Shown in pieces: positions 1 to 10,720 of a stretch of 64,000 bases of DNA. Within the stretch, counting starts at the first letter, position 1. Every line of letters starts with the position of its first letter. The stretch is from Camelus ferus (lineage: Eukaryota), in the NCBI RefSeq assembly GCF_009834535.1, contig NC_045701.1:13206001-13270000 (forward strand), read 5' to 3'. The translations under genes were made by a program, and so were the position numbers. A model generated the notes under the pieces. The model did not search any database. It worked only from the letters and a program-made list of their open reading frames with translations, and had not been told where the DNA came from.

Positions 1-60
1 AATAGGGTCTGGTGCATAGAAGGTACTCATATCATATTTATTCATTGAATCAGCAAATCA
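1..60 (+). mobile_element. L2 LINE 3' terminus fragment
   Basis: ggtctggtgcatagaaggtactc...tttattcattgaatc resembles the L2 tail (cctggcacatagtaggtgctcaataaatatttgttgaatgaat). Confidence 0.5.
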
Positions 61-74
61 GTAAATTAAACCAT

Positions 75-190
75 TACCCTATCTATTGTTAGCTATGTGA
101 TCCTGGACAAGCTATTCAGCTTCTCTGGACCTCATTTTATGACCTATAAAGTGGCAATAAAAATAATATGTACATACTTCACAGGACTAT
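75..190 (+). mobile_element. MIR SINE fragment
   Basis: tagctatgtgatcctggacaagc...ttctctggacctcatt...taaagtggcaataa matches the MIR core. Confidence 0.7.
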
Positions 191-714
191 TCACAAATTT
201 TAAGAAGTAGCATTTTGTCGAAATGCTCTATCTGGTCAGAAAGACTGTCAAAAATGTACACCACAAGTTCAAAAAGAAGGATAGAAGTTGTGTCATAAAA
301 GTGACAGAATGCCTTAGTAGTCATGGTCTTGTGAAGGGTTCCCCCAGCAACTCGTAGTCCCTCAGAAGTCATAGCAGAGTGGCAGTCAGAAGGCATATGT
401 CCAAACTCTCTTGAAGATCACAGGCTGCCTTCCTTGTCTGACACACAGGTTCAACCATGATCTTCTCCCCCTCCCAGGGTAATCATTCTGAAGGGAACCC
501 CCCACACATTAACAAGTGGACTTGCCAGTGTTTGATTTAAAATCTGTCTTACTATATTTTCATTACACATTATATATAAAGTCAAGCAGAGAAACACCTC
601 ACCTGCTTCTTCATCTCACTTTCCTCTGCCATTCTCCTTTTTCTTCATCTTAATCCCCTTTGCTGCCCCAATCCAGGTCTTCTCTGCCAGCCTCTCTGGT
701 AGAATAGAAAGAGC

Positions 715-830
715 ATCAGATTAGTATTTAAAATTTCTGGGTTTTAGACTTGGCTTTGCTACATCCAATCAACATGTGTCTGAGCAAGTCATTGCACTGC
801 TTGGAATTTTAGTTTTCCCACCTTCAAAGC
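715..830 (+). mobile_element. MIR SINE, 5' part (split by LTR; resumes at about 1605-1680)
   Basis: ctgggttttagacttggctttgctac...gagcaagtcattg...agttttcccacc; the MIR 3' part (gagttaatatatgtaa) resumes after the LTR. Confidence 0.65.
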
Positions 831-1604
831 TGTGATATTTGGTCTGTGTCCTGAGTCCTGGCACAGAGTTCTAAAATCCTTGTAGCTTCCTCAGTGGTAG
901 GAGTGAGAAAAGCATCTTTCATATTCATCAAGAGCCCCTTTCCCCATACTTGAGTTTATGCAAATTAGATGGCTCTTAGAGATTGGAGGCTGATTGCCAG
1001 AGGAACCAACCATTGATAAGAGAGTTGCAACTTTCAGTCTTACCACCAGACCTCTGGGGAGAGGAGAAGAACTAAGGATTGACATTGTTCACCAATGGCC
1101 AGTGATTTAGTCAATCACACCTATGTAATAAAGCCTTCATAAAAACCCTGAATGACAGGGTCTGGAGAGCTTTCATGTTGATGAACACAACAAGGTGCTG
1201 GGAGGGTGGTATGCTTGAAGAGGATGTGGAATTTCTGAGCATGTTCCTATAACATTTCCCTATGCATTCCTTCCATTTGGTTGGTCCTGAGTTATATTCT
1301 TTATCATAAACCAGTAACAGTACATAAACAGCTCTCCTGAGTTCTCTGTGTCATTCCAGCAAATTATTAAACCCAAGGAAGGGGGCATGAGAACCCTTGA
1401 TTTTTAGCTAGTTGGTCAGAAGCACAAGTGATAGCCTGGGACTTGCAATTGGCATCTGAAGTGGAGTAGCCTTGTGGGACTGAGCATTGTGCTGTGAGAT
1501 CTGCACTAACTCCAGGTAGTTAGTGTCAGCATTACTTAGAGTGGAAAACTCACATACTTGGTGTTAGATGTGTTGAGAGTAAAAGAAATAGGAGTTTACC
1601 TTAA
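831..1604 (+). mobile_element. MER21-type solo LTR (ERVL class)
   Basis: Starts tgtgatatttggtctgtgtcctgagtcctggcacagag; contains MER21-like blocks (caccaatggccagtgatttagtcaatca; gggacttgcaattggcatctgaagtgg); degenerate 5-bp TSD aaagc/aaagt. Confidence 0.8.
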
Positions 1605-1689
1605 AAAGTGAAGACACGTACCAAATTCATCGAGCAAAAAGGCTCAGCTGAGTTAATATATGTAACTCCTGTAAATTACAAGCATTTTA

Positions 1690-1770
1690 TGCATTTAATT
1701 CATTCATTTGTTCACTTAGTTAATTCATTCATTCACTCTTGGTGCTTTTAAGCACCAGCTACAAGGGATA
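1690..1770 (-). mobile_element. L2 3' tail fragment
   Basis: (cattcatt)n-like tail: ttcattcatttgttcacttagttaattcattcattcac. Confidence 0.55.
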
Positions 1771-3404
1771 ATTATAATTAATATTCTAAATGGTCTCCAC
1801 CTACTTTGGCTGATGGGAAAGATGAACTCCTTTCCAAAGTGATTCACAAGTCATAGAAGAAAAAAGCCCAGAGCTTCAGCCAGAGCACAAGAGGTGAGAA
1901 CTAAGAAATTTTCAGGGAAGGAATTTCTGCCTGTGGGTTGGTAGTCTTAGGCACCTGTGTGGTTCTCAAAACTCTCCTTGGCTCCACCTCATCACGCCAT
2001 TTTGACAACGGCACTACAGAAGCCCAAACCTCTCTTGCCAGAGCCACCAGGAATCAATCTCTCACAGCCTTGTTATCAACCTTCAGGGCCCAGGGCCCTA
2101 GTGAGTTACGTGTAAGAGTAATTAATCTTCTCCATGCTGCAGACATTATACGTGGCCAACTGCCACCAAAGCCAAGAGCGATGGTGCAGATTAGTTGTTT
2201 AAGTGCAGCCTGGAAGCTGCCTTCTGAGTGAAGTGGTGCTAATCGAACCCTGCACCCTCACCGTAATGGGTCTCTCACAGAATCAAGTGGCTAATTATGG
2301 TCTGGCACTATTTTGGAATTTGGTGATTAACTCCCGCAGGGTTGATTAGTTCTTAACATAGGAACATCTGTTTATTTGGGGGAAGCCCATTTATTAAGAG
2401 TTCTCTCTTGATCCTGGGTCTTTTTATATTAATTGAGTCATAAGAAGATTACTTGAAGTTAAAAAAAGAATTTCCAACCATTAAGTAAATTGACATTTTT
2501 CAACAGCAATTGTTATTTTTATCATTATTGTTGAAAACTCAGATACAGGGAATAAAAAGAATATAGCAAAATTATTTCACGTTATAAACAGAAACAAAGG
2601 CATATTTCTACTAACTTAAAGTTTCAGATATTAGTTAATTTTATCCTTTTAAAATTAGAGTAGAATATAAATGAAATGGTTTCACTTAAATATGATTTTT
2701 TCCTCTCTCTCAACACAAGTAATATAATTTAACTACCTCTGTGGCTAGCATCTATAGTAAACGTACTAATTATGTAAACCATTTCATTAAGACCTGAGTA
2801 GGGGCCAAGACTTTAGGTGGGGTCATTATTTGAGTTCTTGTGGAAGTTATTAACATTTTTTCCTGTACCAAATTTACTGCTGTTAAATTTCAAAATCAAA
2901 TGAAATGAAAAAAACAAGTGGCATGAGAGAGGAAAAAATAATATGCCTGGCAAGCAAATATTTTAACAAACTCTTTTTCTACATATGTCCACTGGTCAGT
3001 TTTTAATCTATTTATTTATTTTGGGCAAATGTATTGACCAAATTTAGCAGAATCACTGTCACTGTCACTGAAATAGCTCTAAATTTGGGGTGAGGGTGTA
3101 TGTATGCATGGGAAGAGAGAGTTTTGTTTCCTAACCCCTATCACAATTATTCAATAATATATTTATTGCAAAAAAAAAAAGTTGGAAATACAGAGAAGAA
3201 GGAAAAAAAAAAAGGCAAGGTGGAAAAAAAAAACTTGCAGTTTGAGCAACATCCAGCTTCATAAGCTTTAAGCTGCTACGACTGAAAGGAGAAAATAACT
3301 ATAGTGGGAACCCTGCTCCTAGATCAAGGAAGAAAAATTTCAAAACAACCCAAGAGAAAAATCCTATAAATGGTCATTTCAGGCAATTTTTATTGAAGAA
3401 TGTT

Positions 3405-3510
3405 AATTTATATTTAGCGGTGCTTACTAAGTACCAGGTACTATATGGATATTACTACATTTTAGAGCTGAGAGTACTGAGGCTTACAGGTGTTAAAGCA
3501 ACTAGTCTAC
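3405..3510 (-). mobile_element. MIR fragment
   Basis: gtgcttactaagtaccaggtac...cattttagagctgagagtactgaggcttacaggtgttaa is reverse MIR. Confidence 0.6.
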
Positions 3511-4188
3511 AATCATTTCAAGGAAGTGGGAAAGGCAGGATACAAATCCATCACTCTAATTAAAGAGACTTTATTATCAACTACCACACTGCTTGGCTTC
3601 TTCCGATTTTTAGAAATTCAAAGATATTACAATGACTGGAAAATTCCATGCAAAAATTATGGAGCAGAAGCTCTATAGGTTGGCACTGCTCTTAGTTGTA
3701 ACAATGTGTGAATTTTTTTCTCAGGTAACCTCTCAGACTTGCATTTAAAATGCCAAAAAGGCAAAAAAAATATATACACCATATATCTGTATGCACATCA
3801 TCAAGGATGGCTTGGAGTGACCTTGAAGTGTTTTATTCAATTGCTGAGGAGATCTAAATGTTGGGCTGAAATCATGAAATACTGGCTTCATTGATCATGG
3901 TATTATTGTTAACCCTGAAAACACAGTCTTCATTCACATGAGATGAATAGTTTTACCAGGATGTCACCAGGCAAACAGAATATATCTTATTTCCTCAATT
4001 CTAAAGTGCATTTTTTTTCTCAGTTTAACATTTCTGACTTGGCAGTTTATCTTACAATCACTGCCTACTGTTAATTGGGATTTTCCCCTCAAAGCTGATT
4101 AAAAACCTTCTGGTAAGTTTGCAATCCAGGAAATATTGTGTTCCTTGGCTCCTCCTCCCAAAAGGTCACCCCCAGTGTTAATGTTATC

Positions 4189-4225
4189 AGAGAGAGAGAG
4201 ACAGAGAGAAAGAGAGAGAGAGAGA
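4189..4225. repeat. Imperfect (AG)n microsatellite
   Basis: agagagagagagacagagagaaagagagagagagaga read directly. Confidence 0.95.
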
Positions 4226-4771
4226 ATCCCAAATTGGAAAGCCCAACAAAACTGTGGGTCCTTGCTTAAATATCCTTTGGTGACACTAACTCTTAATGCA
4301 GAAGTAAGCCGGTATAGATGTATTAACCAGTGTCAGACAATCATGAATTTTAGTCTGTGAATCTGAATTAAAAATACACAATAACCTCCAATCTGAGGGC
4401 AGGAGAAAACCTCTCAATAAATATCAAAAATACCTTTACAGTTTGCAAGTTAAGACACAGAAGCTAGGGCAGCAAACCATGTGTCCCTGTGTGTCACATT
4501 ACAGAACTGACCAGAAATACTCAGAATTGCATACTTCATTATGAGCTTTGATAATCTAAGCTATACATATACAGCTATTTGTTTATAAGATGGGTATATA
4601 ACATTATAGACAGTGACCTGAAAATTATGTATAAGTACAGTACAACATTGTATAATGTCACTGATATTCCTAAAATTCCAAAGAATTTGTACCAATTGTA
4701 GCCCATTCTACAAAGCAAACACATTTCCTGCATGATCACAGGTACTGCCAAGTAGAGTAGATTTAAAACTA

Positions 4772-5103
4772 NNNNNNNNNNNNNNNNNNNNNNNNNNNNN
4801 NNNNNNNNNNNNNNNNNNNNNNNNNNNNNNNNNNNNNNNNNNNNNNNNNNNNNNNNNNNNNNNNNNNNNNNNNNNNNNNNNNNNNNNNNNNNNNNNNNNN
4901 NNNNNNNNNNNNNNNNNNNNNNNNNNNNNNNNNNNNNNNNNNNNNNNNNNNNNNNNNNNNNNNNNNNNNNNNNNNNNNNNNNNNNNNNNNNNNNNNNNNN
5001 NNNNNNNNNNNNNNNNNNNNNNNNNNNNNNNNNNNNNNNNNNNNNNNNNNNNNNNNNNNNNNNNNNNNNNNNNNNNNNNNNNNNNNNNNNNNNNNNNNNN
5101 NNN
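4772..5103. other. N-run, 332 bp (undetermined or masked)
   Basis: Seen directly. Confidence 0.99.
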
Positions 5104-5659
5104 ACTGAACACACAATCACAGAATATGAAGGAAAGCACAGGTAACAGGCTGTGATGTGCATTTAGGAGCCACATCAAATTTGAAAAAGGCATGACCTCA
5201 CAGAAGTGTCACTGTGTCTCTCTCAATGGAATGGCACCTTGGTCAGTGTGTCTCAGGTCAACTCATGGACAGTCACTTGAGGTGGTTTCCTTCCCATTAT
5301 TTTTGCCTGGAGACACAGAGCAGCTAACTGCTGTTCCTCTAGCCCAGAGTTTGTTTTAGGCCTTGGACAAGGCCTTGGGATCAGTCCCGTGTAACCATCC
5401 AGGCTGTGTGGCGCGGTCCTTGTTGGGGAAAAGTTCAAAGAGAGTCCATAGAGAAAGGCCAATGCCAGACATGCAGTGTCCTGATGCTCACCGTGGCAAA
5501 ACAGAAGTGGAATTTTCTGATGTGATGGTGACTTTCTTCAGAGTAGATCAAACATGAGGGAGACGGTGAAAACCTAGGCCCAAAGCAGGTTTACAGGTTT
5601 TCCAGAGGAATTGATGTGTGAATCAGACATATCAATTCAGTGGGCTATTCCTAATTCTG

Positions 5660-5850
5660 GTTTTGCTACCACTTATCAATGTTTATTATCTACTAAGATT
5701 TATGCACAGTATTTCATTCAGTCCTCCCCACAAACTTATGAAGCAGGTGTAATTTTTTCCCATTTTACAGGTGAAAAAACTGAGGGCCAGAGAGAAGGAA
5801 TGACTTGCTCACAGCTGCAGAACCAGCAGAGGAAGTCAGGATTCTGAGGG
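5660..5850 (-). mobile_element. MIR
   Basis: cattttacaggtgaaaaaactgagggccagagagaaggaatgacttgctc is reverse MIR core. Confidence 0.8.
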
Positions 5851-6289
5851 GGTGTGGCTGACTCCCAAGGCTGTATAAATGCTCGCTCTGCTCTGAGGTA
5901 CTGGGGCCTCCTGACTGTGCTTCCTGCCTTGCCTTTCATCTGTATGCTGTTTGTCAGTCCATAAATCTCTTAGTCTATGGGATATCATTAATACCTCCTG
6001 CTGTCCTCCAAGTCAAGTTAAAATCCACCATACTCAAGATTTCAGTTCTAGCGTGACTTTCCATCCTTACTTCCCTCCACCCCTATTTGAGTATCTTTAC
6101 TTTCAGCTGCTCAGCACACTCTTTGCTTTTTAATTATCAAGACCTTAGTTTAGACCCTTCCTTCCTGTCTCTGTTGAAATGTGGTCTAGTTTTCAAAACA
6201 GGTTTTTTTGTGGTTTTGTTTTTATGAAGTCTTTTCAGGTCCTCCACTTCCATTAAAAATTGTTTCTTATTCCCTTCTTCAAATCTCAT

Positions 6290-6535
6290 AACACTTTGTG
6301 CCCACCTTTGTTGGGGTAACTTATCACAGTCTGATTTGTGATAATTACCTGTGGTTTTGTCTAGCTTCCTCTTGTTAGAACTGGGAGCCCTTTTGAGGGC
6401 AGGGATCTTGTCTTAGTCATCACTAAGGCTATCCTAGTATCCTATCACTAAGTATCTCCAAGGCTTAGCATCATTTTTAGAATGTGGGATACGTGATAAA
6501 TGTTTGTCAGGTGAGTAATTAAGTAAATGAATTGT
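6290..6535 (+). mobile_element. L2 3' end
   Basis: gttagaactgggagcccttttgagggcagggatcttgtctt...gataaatgtttg. Confidence 0.75.
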
Positions 6536-6769
6536 CATAAAGAAATACACAGGTGAAATGAATTAGGTCTTGGTTCAAAGGTACTGCACACAATTTCTTA
6601 GAGGAAGGACTACTGTGAAAAAGTAGAGAAAGTTACCCTTGCCCATTTGTCTTTTGTCCCATTTTGTTTGCATGTTAGAATTCAGGTATGGGATGGGAGA
6701 AAACTGACTGATATGCAACAGATGTTCTTCCCCATCTCACTTACCCTGTTTCCTTCACCTGCCAGGGAC

Positions 6770-6880
6770 TTCAGACAAACTGAGGAAAATCCTTGCTCCA
6801 TTGTTGGCAAGTAACTTAAGCACCTAGGTCAGTTTTCTCATCTGTATAATGAGGGTGCAGTATTACCTATTATAGTTTGC
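6770..6880 (+). mobile_element. MIR fragment
   Basis: ggcaagtaacttaagcacctaggtcagttttctcatctgtataatgaggg. Confidence 0.7.
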
Positions 6881-7279
6881 CTCATTTCTGGTCACATAAA
6901 ATGTCCCTATTTGTGATTTTTCTTTCACACCTTCACATTTATGGGCTACTCTGTCAGCAAGCTAATACTGTGTTCAGCTACAATCTGTCCTCTTTTAGTG
7001 CCATCTGTTAGTCCAAGGTCTATCTGTTAAACGTTCAGAACAAGTCTAACCCTTCTTCTACATAATACTTTTTGAGTGACAAAAATATCCATTAGAGATG
7101 CACATGTATAGATTGTTTGAGACAAAGCAATGCTGATAAGCACTTGGAACCACAGCAAGAATCATTTGGGGAACTTAAGGGAGAAGCAGCCCAATTCATG
7201 TCTTCATCCCTGACGAGCTGTCTTCTGCTACGAGAGTGAATGTGATATCAGGGAAGGAAGATAGATTTTCAAGTCAGAT

Positions 7280-7420
7280 GTTTCTGGACTCCTTTCCTGA
7301 CTCTGCTACTGGATGTAGAGCAAGTCACTTAACTTTCTTGAGCCTCATAGTTAAACTACCCTCAAGGGTTGTTTGAAAATTGAAAAATATCAATAGATGC
7401 AAAATGCCCAACACACAGAA
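7280..7420 (+). mobile_element. MIR fragment
   Basis: actctgctactgg...gagcaagtcacttaactttcttgagcctc...agggttgtttgaaaatt. Confidence 0.7.
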
Positions 7421-7699
7421 AATGTTCTAAAAACTGTCATTTCTGTTATTCCTCAGTTTCCTATAACCCCTTTTTCTTTTAAAAAATAACCAAGGGCTCC
7501 AGTTAAAAGAAAGCAGTAACTTCTGGTTTTAGCCCCCAACATTGTCCTCCTTTCTCCTTCTCTGCACCACAAAACCACTCTTCAAGGTTGTCTGGACTTG
7601 CTCTTCCCCTTCCTTCCTCACTGCCTTGCCCCACATCCTTTTGCATTATACCTGGTGTGTCTCCTAACCCTGATGAAACCCAACCCTTAAAGGTATACC

Positions 7700-8940
7700 A
7701 CGACCTCAAAATCTCTGGGCCGAGGAATTCAGTGCTAAATTTAGTGCTCAGCTGCAGCACTTACCCACCCCCAGCACATCCTTCTAGTTGGCTTCTTAAA
7801 ACATCTATTTCACTTGTACTGTTTGAAGTGTGTTGTGTTCTAATCTTTTAAGTTCCTTCCAATGCCTTTTGAAAGAAGGCAGGGAATAAATCCTAGTTAC
7901 TAAGGTCACCGAGACCTATGGCTTCTTCTTAGCTCTCACCCACCTCAGCTCTCCTGATTGTTGACACTGTTGTTAGTTCTGTCACCTAGAAATGGCCTCC
8001 TCGGCCCTGTCTCTCACCTGTCTCCACCTCCTTTGCAGCTTCCTTTTCCTGCCCCCAAACAGACACATTTTCAGCATTTGCCCTGCCTTCTCCTCCCTGG
8101 TCTCTCTCCCTTGCTAGACCTGATCACTGCTATGGCTTCAACTTGGACTATAGTGTCAGTGATCCTAAATCTGAGTGTTAGTCCAGACTCAAGTCACAGG
8201 CCTGCATGGCCAGTAGCCCCTTCAACAGTCCTTCTTGGGGATGCTGTGGATACCCTAGACTCAATAAATCTAAAATTAAGTCACTTATACTGATTTTCCC
8301 CCATCCTCATTTTTGTTAATGACATCACTAAATTCCTGGTCCCCTAAACTTGGGAGCTCAGAGCCTTCTTAGGCTCCTTGCTGTCCTTTACCGCACAATC
8401 TATCAGTAGTCAAACCCTGCCACATAGGCCTCCTCACGGCCCCACATTTGTGCCTTTGTTTCCACTGCCACTGTCCCTGTCCTAACTCAGGTCCTCATTA
8501 GTGTTTGCCTGGACTACTGCCATGCCTTCCAGGTGGCCACCCTGCTTCTGGTCTCTCCCCACTCCAATACAGTTTTCATACTGTGCCAGTCATCTTCCTG
8601 AAATACTCTCTGATCGTGTCACCCCTTGTCCTGATTCCTCTGATATCTCCCCAGTGCCTATAGAACAACAGCCAGATGCTGTAGCATGCCAGTGAAGACA
8701 CTCTGGGATTTGGGCCCATGCCCATCTTGCTTACTCCCCTCTATTCCCTCTTCCTTCCAGTCCCAGAACCTCCGTGTCCCTTCTCTCTCCCTTGCCTTGA
8801 TTCATGCCCTTCTCATCTCTTCATCAAAACTTAACCTAGTTTTCAGATGCTTCCCCACCTAAGAAGTCTTTCCCAGTCTCTCTGGCCAGAACTCATCTTT
8901 CTTCTCTGTATTTTGTTAAAGCTTGGTTATTATTTGATAT
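7700..8940 (+). mobile_element. L2 LINE body (ORF2 3' region, decayed)
   Basis: Pyrimidine-rich L2 blocks such as tgcctggactactgccatgccttccaggtggcc and cttcctgaaatactctctgatcgtgtcacccc. Confidence 0.75.
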
Positions 8941-8944
8941 AGGT

Positions 8945-9125
8945 CATAGAAGTAATTCATATTTTTAAACATTCCTATATGCTAAGCTAAGCGGTTTACA
9001 TGTTTGTCCTTTTCAGTTCTTACAGTAATTCTATAAAATGGGGAAACTGGGGCTCATAGAGATTAATTAATTTAGCCTAGGTCATGTGGGCAGTGAGGAA
9101 CAGTATTTCCTCAGACCTTATTCCC
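8945..9125 (-). mobile_element. MIR
   Basis: ataaaatggggaaactggggctcatagagattaattaatttagcctaggtcatg. Confidence 0.75.
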
Positions 9126-9304
9126 CATACTCTTCATCATACCAGATCACCTCACCTTTCTGAGGACAAAGAGCTACAGAAATCTAAGGGAACTGATGTG
9201 ACCATTTAACAGTGACGAAGCAGCTCTGACTTTGGACTGCCCTAGTCCTAGTTTTTTACTTGGCTTTTCTCCTTTCAGACCCTTTTCTGATATTTGGTTA
9301 CTGT

Positions 9305-9492
9305 NNNNNNNNNNNNNNNNNNNNNNNNNNNNNNNNNNNNNNNNNNNNNNNNNNNNNNNNNNNNNNNNNNNNNNNNNNNNNNNNNNNNNNNNNNNNNNNN
9401 NNNNNNNNNNNNNNNNNNNNNNNNNNNNNNNNNNNNNNNNNNNNNNNNNNNNNNNNNNNNNNNNNNNNNNNNNNNNNNNNNNNNNNNNNNNN
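9305..9492. other. N-run, 188 bp
   Basis: Seen directly. Confidence 0.99.
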
Positions 9493-9846
9493 TCCGAAGG
9501 GACATTTACAAAGAGGGCAAGCCCACAGCTTACCCATCTCCTCACAAAGTCAGATTGCTCCTGATCAAAAGCAAATAATCTCACCTTTTCTACCCTTCTT
9601 GTATTTATCTTATTAAATAACAGAAGAGCTTGATTCCCTTGACTTTTTGAAATCCCCAGCCTGTTCCTGGGAGCCTGGGCTGCTGGCCTCAAAGTCGCTT
9701 TGTGGCCACAATGCATTTTGCATGCTGCACCTCTCCATCAGCCTGCCCCACTGCCTGTTCCTCCCCCTCTGAAAGGCCAAACAGGACTAAAACCCCACCT
9801 CATCTGGCTCTCAGCTCCCTTTGTTCCTCTTAGATTGTTCTGCCAT

Positions 9847-9986
9847 NNNNNNNNNNNNNNNNNNNNNNNNNNNNNNNNNNNNNNNNNNNNNNNNNNNNNN
9901 NNNNNNNNNNNNNNNNNNNNNNNNNNNNNNNNNNNNNNNNNNNNNNNNNNNNNNNNNNNNNNNNNNNNNNNNNNNNNNNNNNNNNN
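9847..9986. other. N-run, 140 bp
   Basis: Seen directly. Confidence 0.99.
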
Positions 9987-10544
9987 TTGTCAGCTCCGCA
10001 GCAGCTGTGGGGGATGGGGAGGCGAAGGACAGAGAGCAGGAAGGTTCAGGACTCGTCAATACAGGATGGCCCTTGCTGAGCCTGGTCTGCTCAGTCACAT
10101 CCCCTTCCAAAGGGCTGTGATAGTGATCCGAGCCTTGTCCAGACCCTCTCACAGAGCCACAATAGAACAGACCAGAATGAAACATTGGGTGTGCTGTGGG
10201 GGAGCTGCCTGGGTTGTGTACCCCACTATTTTTCAAGTGGCATGTTTGCCCATCTCAAGGCGGGTGCAAAATGGACGGCGGCAGAGCTCACACTGTTCAT
10301 CACTGCCTGTTGCTAAATTGATGCAGCTCTCCTTGGACACCATCAGCTGTGCAGTAATCCATTTTGATGGCTGGGCTTTCGAGCAGCCGTTTGTATGCTC
10401 TGCATCCCTCTATGACTGTCTGCTCTTTGTGGACGTGGCCTGGGTGGTATATGCCCCTAGACTTGGGCTTCAGCATGTTGAAAAGGCCATTACAGGGTTT
10501 TAGAGGCAAAAATTCCTTCCAGGAAAGGCATTCTCAGGAGGCAG

Positions 10545-10720
10545 CATAGAATAATGGAAAAAGCCCTGACTCTGAAATTAAGTGGCCTGACTTCATGTTT
10601 CAGGTCTGCCCTTTTCTATCTGTGTGGCCTTGGGTAAATCACTCAACCTCTCCGGACCTCAGTTTTCCTTTCTGCAAGTAGGGAGAAAAGAATAAGTCTC
10701 TACCTCACAAGATTGTTAAA
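10545..10720 (+). mobile_element. MIR
   Basis: ctgtgtggccttgggtaaatcactcaacctctccggacctcagttttcctttctgcaagt. Confidence 0.85.

Noticed and set aside
3170-3233. Three closely spaced A-tracts
   Set aside because: Low-complexity sequence with no TSD or retroposon body.
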